Part shown: positions 58,214 to 64,000 of the stretch, piece after piece | How the letters are laid out: every line of letters starts with the position of its first letter | Position numbering within the stretch: the stretch's first letter is position 1 | Virus record (IMG/VR): IMGVR_UViG_3300042554_002914 | DNA length: 64,000 nt | Strand: one strand, 5' to 3' | Source of the DNA: a virus | Lineage: Duplodnaviria; Heunggongvirae; Uroviricota; Caudoviricetes | Translations under genes and position numbers: made by a program | Notes under the pieces: model-generated | The model's database searches: none | What the model was told of the DNA's origin: nothing | The model's input: the letters and a program-made list of their open reading frames with translations, nothing else

Positions 58214-58279
58214 TACTATACTACCTTCGCCCCGCAAAAACAAGGGTCTAAACCGGGGGTTTAGGTTCGGTTAACCGCC
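58214..58279 (-). promoter_or_regulatory. class-III cassette (TTGTTT-N17-TATAGT, hairpin, CGGTTAACCGCC palindrome), leaderless
   Basis: -10 is at 58214-58219 and -35 at 58237-58242. The hairpin is at 58248-58264 and the palindrome at 58268-58279. The ATG is at 58206-58208. Confidence 0.55.
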
Positions 58280-59466
58280 TACTATCCACATAGAGCGACC
58301 ATCGCCCTGCCCAAATGATTCTCCCTCGGGGGTTAAAACTATTTGAAGGGTTAGAGTTAATCCATCTGAAGTTTCCGATTCCCCCAGAGTCTGAACTAAT
58401 GAAGCCAAATCTGCAATCAATGAGCGGTGGAATGTTTGACTCACTATGGTCATAGTTGCTGGGGCAACCCATAACCTCAAAAGAGGACTTTACTCGTTGA
58501 AGCCAACGAAGGAAATTTGTAAGGGGGCTCATTTTTTTAATTGCGCAGAGTAAGCTTCGTCATTCAACTATAATAGAAACCATTGCTTTTAAACTTTACT
58601 TTGCCACCTTTCAAGGTCACAACCCACTCTTTCTTTGTATAAGTTAGGAATTTACCATCGAATTTAAAAGACTTGATGGCAGTCAGGATGATGGTGTGGC
58701 CAGGGTCCCGGAGAAAGAGGCTCTTGGCATAAGAACGGGCTCGTTTCGAAGTGTCGAAAGTTTTGCCTATACTGAAATTTAATTCTTCAACTAGTTCTTC
58801 ATTGAGATGTAAATCACCTACACTCCACCGCCCGCGTGATAGTATGTCCTTGTGTTTAATTTTCATGGTCCTCATTCTCGTACTCTTGCAGAACCAAGGG
58901 GATTCCAGAGATGAGTACCGTTACACCCAGTAATATAGGTGGCCAGCCCTGTAGCAATGCTGCGAATGTTGACACTGCTGCCAAAAGTAGAAAGTAGGTA
59001 GTTTCGGTGTGATTCATTTTCTAGGGGTAATTTTTTGGAATGTTGACTCAAAGAGTATATCCTCAGCTAGCTCCTTCGGTGAAGCGTACTCTAGAAAAAC
59101 TAGGTAGCTATCTGTGGTGAAATCCTCGGACGGTATAATCTGATTATAAGAGCAAACCTTTTTACGGGCTCGCATAAGTAGGATTTCATGCTTAGTTTCT
59201 TCATGCAACCAGAAATCACCCATATTGATCTCAAGAGTCATATAAGTCCCAGAGATTTTCCCGAAGGGTACGTTCGAAATCAGGGTCAAGGTTCTTTGAT
59301 TTTTCAAGTAAGTCGTGGTGGATATTCCTTAGTTCCTCAATCACTTTACTATCCAACCTCCGGCTAGTTTCATGGCCTGAGACCCGTCCCAGGGCTACCA
59401 ATTCACACTCATTCAGTAAATCATCTTCGCTAAGAAAATCATCAAAGCTGCTACCCACATGGCAAA

Positions 59467-60279
59467 TCATGGCTGCACCCTCCGAAACCCGATAACCCAC
59501 ACCCAAGGGTTCGCTTCCCATGACCCTTCACCATTTATGGATTCCCAGAGCCTGGCGTAGACGCTGGCAAGGCAGTCGCCGGACAACATGCTATCAGTCG
59601 AGCAACCCTCAGCCAAAGCATCCGCATCGCTAATTGCATTCAGTCGCTCCACCCGAATATCAGTAACCTCCAACAAGATGCGGCTGGCCCAGCGGGGCAT
59701 AAAGATAGATTGGCGAAGTTTAATCCCTTCGGATATTCTGTCGGTTGATGGGTACAAGACTTTGGTTGGTGCGTGGCCAGGACCCTTCGGCAAGTCCTTG
59801 CAAATAGCCGATGGTGCAAGTTTGTCATAAATGTTACTAACTGCCCAGGTTTCGCGAACCCATAGCATGTCCCCAGGTTGCTTCCACTGCATGTTTTCTG
59901 GTGTTATGTCAGAATCAGGCCCGATAGATTCAGGGTCGTCGCACTCTGTGAAACCCCACGTAAAGTAATGAGGGTTTACCCACACTGCTCGGTTATCTCC
60001 GCCAATAGATTCGTTAAGAAGCCCGCGCACGTAATACATGCCATCCTTCGGAGGTAATCCGGTGTTCCAGTCGCGGTCACCTGGTTTGCCGTAGGGGTTG
60101 TGCGCAACTTGATTCACCCATTCGGCATCATCATCTGCAGGCACCTCAATCATGCGCCCGCCGCAAACACGCATTTTGGCCACACGCCGCGTTTGAGTTT
60201 TGCTGCCGTCCAAAATGGCGCGAACCATTTCACCCTTAAACAAGATGGGCCTTTCTTTTGTTGGGATTGGGGTTGTCAT
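59467..60279 (-). CDS. hypothetical protein with an ASCH-like N-terminus
   Basis: PILFKGEMVRAILDGSKTQTRR resembles the ASCH GxKxxExR motif. Confidence 0.4.
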   Translation of the reverse strand: MTTPIPTKERPILFKGEMVRAILDGSKTQTRRVAKMRVCGGRMIEVPADDDAEWVNQVAHNPYGKPGDRDWNTGLPPKDGMYYVRGLLNESIGGDNRAVWVNPHYFTWGFTECDDPESIGPDSDITPENMQWKQPGDMLWVRETWAVSNIYDKLAPSAICKDLPKGPGHAPTKVLYPSTDRISEGIKLRQSIFMPRWASRILLEVTDIRVERLNAISDADALAEGCSTDSMLSGDCLASVYARLWESINGEGSWEANPWVWVIGFRRVQP

Positions 60280-60746
60280 GGTTGGTTGGTTGGTTGCATC
60301 GTGCCTAGGGGGTAATCATAGCATTTTTTGCTAATGGGTGCCCATGGGGGGGGTAGGGTTTGGTATGCCTTTAAAGTGGTTTCCACCCACAGTCTATTCC
60401 ATAAATCGATTGGGATGTCTAACCGCAAATTGTACGCATCTTCACCCATTTCTACAACAGTGAAACTAAAGCTATTGTTGGTTGTCAGCTCGGCCTCTTG
60501 TGATATCCGACGTATACTTCTGATAGAAACATAATCTGTCTGCTCAAAACCATTATAGTTTTCCTTTATATACTTCTTTATTTTATCCATGTAAATAATA
60601 CTTCGGTATTTTAATGAGTCCAGGAATAGATATCCCCCGATGGCATCCCGTCTACTTCTCAATCGGGTGCCAAGTTTATGGGGCCATGGGGACATTCGGA
60701 CCTGAGGACGCCTAGTATAATGTACCAAATAGAGTGGTTCCGGCAT
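60276..60746 (-). CDS. hypothetical protein
   Basis: 156-aa minus-strand ORF. Confidence 0.35.
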   Translation of the reverse strand: MPEPLYLVHYTRRPQVRMSPWPHKLGTRLRSRRDAIGGYLFLDSLKYRSIIYMDKIKKYIKENYNGFEQTDYVSIRSIRRISQEAELTTNNSFSFTVVEMGEDAYNLRLDIPIDLWNRLWVETTLKAYQTLPPPWAPISKKCYDYPLGTMQPTNQP

Positions 60747-60958
60747 GTGGTTAAGTTTCGGTGTCTTTCTGGCTGTGGGAACTCATAGCATCCAGCAATG
60801 ACTCTACCCGAATCAATCGATTAGAAATGGCAACTAAAATGTCCGTCAAACCCTCAATCTCCTCATGAATGTCTTGGTGGTGGAATCGTAATGGCTTTTG
60901 AATTAGCTTGTTGAATTTAGATTTTTTCATCGTGGCGTAGTAATAAGGATTGTGACAA

Positions 60959-61552
60959 TTATGCGTAGATATACTCACGCCATTCCGCAACTTCAGCCAT
61001 GCTGATAGTCACTGTGATTTTATTGAATGGGGCTTTAGGGTTCCCTGCCAAGGTGGTCCCACGGCTATTTACTCTGGCATCCATCATACCGACTTGAAAA
61101 CTATCCCAAGTGAATGGCAATGGCGCAACATTCGTAGTTTCCTTAGCAAATACCTTCTTCAAGGCCATAGCCCATTCTTCTGGGGTACGATTATCCTTGC
61201 AATTGTTGCATTCCAGGCAGCTAGTAACTAGGTTTTGCCAAGTATCTTGGCCACCTCTGGACTTTGGAATTACGTGGTCGATTGTAAGGTTTGGACCTGA
61301 ATACCCGCAATATTGGCAAACATGCCTATCTCGCTTCAGGATCAAGGAACGGGAGGGTTTCCCGGCAAAGAGTTTAGATTGGGGGACTTTGACATAGTGC
61401 TTTAGGCGGATAGTGCGTTTGGACACAACGTGTGCTTTATTTTTCAACACCAAAATAGTCGCCCTCTTCCAACTCAACATCGTCAAAGGTTGGTATGTAG
61501 CATTGAGTAATAAAATAGTCGAACCAACTTTGACAGGGATTTCTTTAGGCAT
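60959..61552 (-). CDS. HNH endonuclease
   Basis: The HNH core is present (CQYCG..LTIDHVIPKSRGG..NLVTSCLECNNCK). Confidence 0.7.
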   Translation of the reverse strand: MPKEIPVKVGSTILLLNATYQPLTMLSWKRATILVLKNKAHVVSKRTIRLKHYVKVPQSKLFAGKPSRSLILKRDRHVCQYCGYSGPNLTIDHVIPKSRGGQDTWQNLVTSCLECNNCKDNRTPEEWAMALKKVFAKETTNVAPLPFTWDSFQVGMMDARVNSRGTTLAGNPKAPFNKITVTISMAEVAEWREYIYA

Positions 61553-61619
61553 TCTTCGAGGTCTTTTTCAAATAGTGAGCATATGGTTCTATTGCGCCAT
61601 TAGTCCCATGTTCTTAAGG

Positions 61620-61928
61620 CTATACAACAGGGTCCTTAACTTCCCCAATGTCAAGGTCCACCAATCGTGTAAAATCATTGGCTTCCATTTGGGTAAATGG
61701 ATTGAACCGAATTTCCCTACGGTTACCAGCCTCATCAATGCTAAAATGCCTGTAGTATTCAACAGAGTCCTCATACTCAACATCAAACTGATACCCAAAC
61801 ATTGAGCCATTGCGCCCAGTAATTACGAATTTGCAATTTGCGTAACGAAAGTTGAATGCGTCTGGGATTTCCATTTGGTTGGTTGTTGGTGGTTGGTGGT
61901 TGGTGGTTGGTAGGTGTCTAAATAGCAA
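61620..61928 (-). CDS. hypothetical protein
   Basis: 102-aa minus-strand ORF. Confidence 0.35.
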   Translation of the reverse strand: MLFRHLPTTNHQPPTTNQMEIPDAFNFRYANCKFVITGRNGSMFGYQFDVEYEDSVEYYRHFSIDEAGNRREIRFNPFTQMEANDFTRLVDLDIGEVKDPVV

Positions 61929-62171
61929 TCAGTCAGAAACCGGTAGCAATCTATTGACGGCCACTCCCAAGGTTCTTAAGGTTTCTCAAAGCCATAATAG
62001 CCAATGGCAAGACCATAACCCCCACAAGCAAGAAATTGACTACGGGGTCTGGCAAGTTGACGGGGTCGTTAATTGTTGTGGGTTGGATTTGGGTGGTTCG
62101 TTGGGTGGCCATAAGGGGTGGCTTGGGGGTTGTTTGGTGATTGCTGGAGGGGGAAGTTGCCCAGTTATGGA

Positions 62172-62212
62172 CCCACTCTAGCCTGATGCCTTGGCAATGT
62201 CAACCCCCCTCC
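62172..62212 (-). promoter_or_regulatory. type-I promoter repeat upstream of the HNH/hypothetical block
   Basis: Plus strand reads ctctagcctgatgccttggcaatgtcaacccccc. Confidence 0.45.
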
Positions 62213-62304
62213 CCGAATCGCGCCAGAATTTGCGCCAAAATGGCGGGATAGGTCCCCATCTAATCAAGGTAGCCTGATTCCCAACCCGCGTCAACCCTTT
62301 GGCC

Positions 62305-63810
62305 TTAACCAAGTAGGCGACTGCGAACGTTCGCTAAACCGTTGGTATCTTCACCGTAAATCACACTATTTAGAAATACGGTTTGGAGCGCACCTCGCTG
62401 CTCTTGCTCACGAGTTTGCTGTTGATAGAGGACAAAGTCATCTCCTTCTTTTTCAACACGGAGTAAACCCTTGGCCGACTTTTTGGTGCCACGGTCGGTA
62501 ACCGGATCCTTCATGGTCTCAATCGGGACACCTTTGATCTGGCCCCAAGTTGTTTTGTAAGCGATTCCGAAAGTATCACGAGTGTGGTATTGATAGGTGT
62601 AAGAACCGATCCCAAACACGATGTTTTCGGATGCCCAACCTTGTTGCCTCATGTGCTCCAAAATAGCTCTGGCACGGGGTAGAGTGATGGAATCCCCATA
62701 AATAAGTCCAATCCGAGGGTTCAAGACTTTGAATCCCTTTTCGTTCACTGTCCCACCGAAGACTTCCCACAGGAGTTGAAGGGAGCCCTTGAACTCACGG
62801 CTACCTGGCTCAGTGCCGTTGTCACCGCAAATGATTTTCTCGGGGGATCCCGAGTCGGGTCTGACGGTTACCTTGGCTAGTCCCAATTCATTAGGCTGAC
62901 GGTTTAGGATTTCATCTTTAAGGGTAGGGAGAATTACCGTCAGTGTATCCCAGTAATTCCAAGTGTCACTGACTACGCTAACAATCCCTTTTGGGTACAC
63001 CTTCGTGATGATCCGTCGAATAGTCTCCAATTCATTTTCCCGTCCCCCTAGGCAGGTAACACTATGCTCCGTAGCGGGGACACTACCCCCAATGAACTCG
63101 GAACCGCAATCATAATAATCGTCAAGGTAATCAATCGAAAGGATAGTGTCAGTACCCTTAAAACTATACAAGTGCCCAATCTGGTGAGCTGCCGCATCAT
63201 GAATGCCCCCTACTCCGCGAGCAGAAAAGTCATGCCCCTGAAAGTCAACGAACTGAGGACTACTACCTGTGAGTTCAGCGTAGTGGTCTAAAAGACGGCG
63301 AAATTCATAGGCAATGGTGGCTACGTTGACTGCTTTCCAAATTTCCGAAGATTTAGCAGTTTCAATATAGTTAGTGGCCCATGGAGCCATCCACTTGAAG
63401 TCTTTATGAGTGTTTTGTGCCGTCAGAAAGGGGACGCCAATGTTCACACGACTACCTTCTGGGAGAGCTTTAATGTGAAGGGGCAGGTAACCAAGGTCGT
63501 GTAATTCCGCAAAGTGATCAGTTCCCACTACGCCTTCCCCCAGCGAAGAATCCATTCGCCGCTTATACTTATCAAGGACTTTAGCCTTAGGCTGGTGAAA
63601 GAAGGTTTCATTCCAAAGATCCCTCAACATCCATTTCATGGTCCCCTGGATATTAGCCACAACTACCTTATGGTCGAATCCCTCAGGCATATTTGCTAGG
63701 CGATCAGACCTAGCTGTCATGTTGGCATAGATAATCTCAGTGCCTTCTGGGTTTTGAAAGGGGTGTCCAGTCTTGTAAAAGTCTGTTGCGTGGGGGGCGA
63801 AAAGTTTCAT
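62305..63810 (-). CDS. nadV: nicotinamide phosphoribosyltransferase (NAMPT/NadV)
   Basis: TDFYKTGH matches NAMPT TDSYKVTH. The 501-aa length fits the NAPRTase/NAMPT family. Confidence 0.8.
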   Translation of the reverse strand: MKLFAPHATDFYKTGHPFQNPEGTEIIYANMTARSDRLANMPEGFDHKVVVANIQGTMKWMLRDLWNETFFHQPKAKVLDKYKRRMDSSLGEGVVGTDHFAELHDLGYLPLHIKALPEGSRVNIGVPFLTAQNTHKDFKWMAPWATNYIETAKSSEIWKAVNVATIAYEFRRLLDHYAELTGSSPQFVDFQGHDFSARGVGGIHDAAAHQIGHLYSFKGTDTILSIDYLDDYYDCGSEFIGGSVPATEHSVTCLGGRENELETIRRIITKVYPKGIVSVVSDTWNYWDTLTVILPTLKDEILNRQPNELGLAKVTVRPDSGSPEKIICGDNGTEPGSREFKGSLQLLWEVFGGTVNEKGFKVLNPRIGLIYGDSITLPRARAILEHMRQQGWASENIVFGIGSYTYQYHTRDTFGIAYKTTWGQIKGVPIETMKDPVTDRGTKKSAKGLLRVEKEGDDFVLYQQQTREQEQRGALQTVFLNSVIYGEDTNGLANVRSRLLG

Positions 63811-64000
63811 TGTTTGTTAGGGGTTTGGTTGCGTTTGGTTGCGTTTAACGGTAGTTGCGTCCGGGTTAATAAGGCCTAGTTCACCCTAAGACAAGTCAAG
63901 TTGGCGGGTAGTTCCCGATAAAAGTCCCGATTCGGCAACAAGTTCGCCACATAGAAGTGATCGATAAGGCCATCAAAAACCTCAAAGCCCTTCGAGAAGA

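Overview
This 64-kb window looks like densely packed DNA of a large double-stranded DNA bacteriophage (or prophage-like element). Essentially every credible gene is on the minus strand; the long plus-strand ORFs all read as antisense artefacts. GC is roughly 45%.

Recognisable products:
- Translation and tRNA: a full class-I cysteinyl-tRNA synthetase (HIGH and KMSKS motifs); a stand-alone homolog of the alanyl-tRNA synthetase catalytic core only; a CCA-adding tRNA nucleotidyltransferase; three ordinary tRNAs (Ser-UGA, Arg-UCU, and one type-II tRNA with an odd anticodon arm).
- RNA repair: a T4 Rnl1-family RNA ligase and a second ATP-dependent ligase with a KLDGSS motif; a T4 Pnk-like P-loop kinase followed by a calcineurin-type phosphoesterase, plus a second phosphoesterase.
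- Modification: an N6-adenine DNA methyltransferase and a second, frameshifted one.
- Replication and membrane: a bacterial-type beta sliding clamp; an SPFH/band-7 protein.
- NAD+/ADP-ribose: NAMPT (NAD+ salvage); a macro domain; a NADAR domain.
- Other: a pentapeptide-repeat protein; an HNH endonuclease.

The most unusual locus is at 35.1-45.5 kb. Four tRNA-like genes sit immediately downstream of a 500-aa vWA protein with a TROVE/Ro60-like N-terminal region. Each has canonical acceptor, D and T arms, but a 40-60 nt hairpin-containing insertion sharing a CAGCAAUUA..AAAUUCC motif replaces the anticodon arm. The macro, NADAR, phosphoesterase and ligase genes flank them. Together with the dispersed RNA healing-and-sealing toolkit, this suggests an uncharacterised tRNA-like-RNA / RNA-repair (anti-defence) system.

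The non-coding DNA is highly structured:
- More than 30 copies, some tandem, of a strongly conserved sigma70-like promoter (GGGGGTTGAC-N17-TGCTATAGT on the minus strand).
- A palindromic TAAGTATAAATACTTA box resembling the T4 late-promoter core.
- A three-copy promoter-plus-leader cassette.
- A second promoter class in the 46-58 kb block (GGCGGTTAACCGCC palindrome, hairpin, TTGTTT-17-TATRRT, often leaderless).
- Several tandem-repeat arrays.
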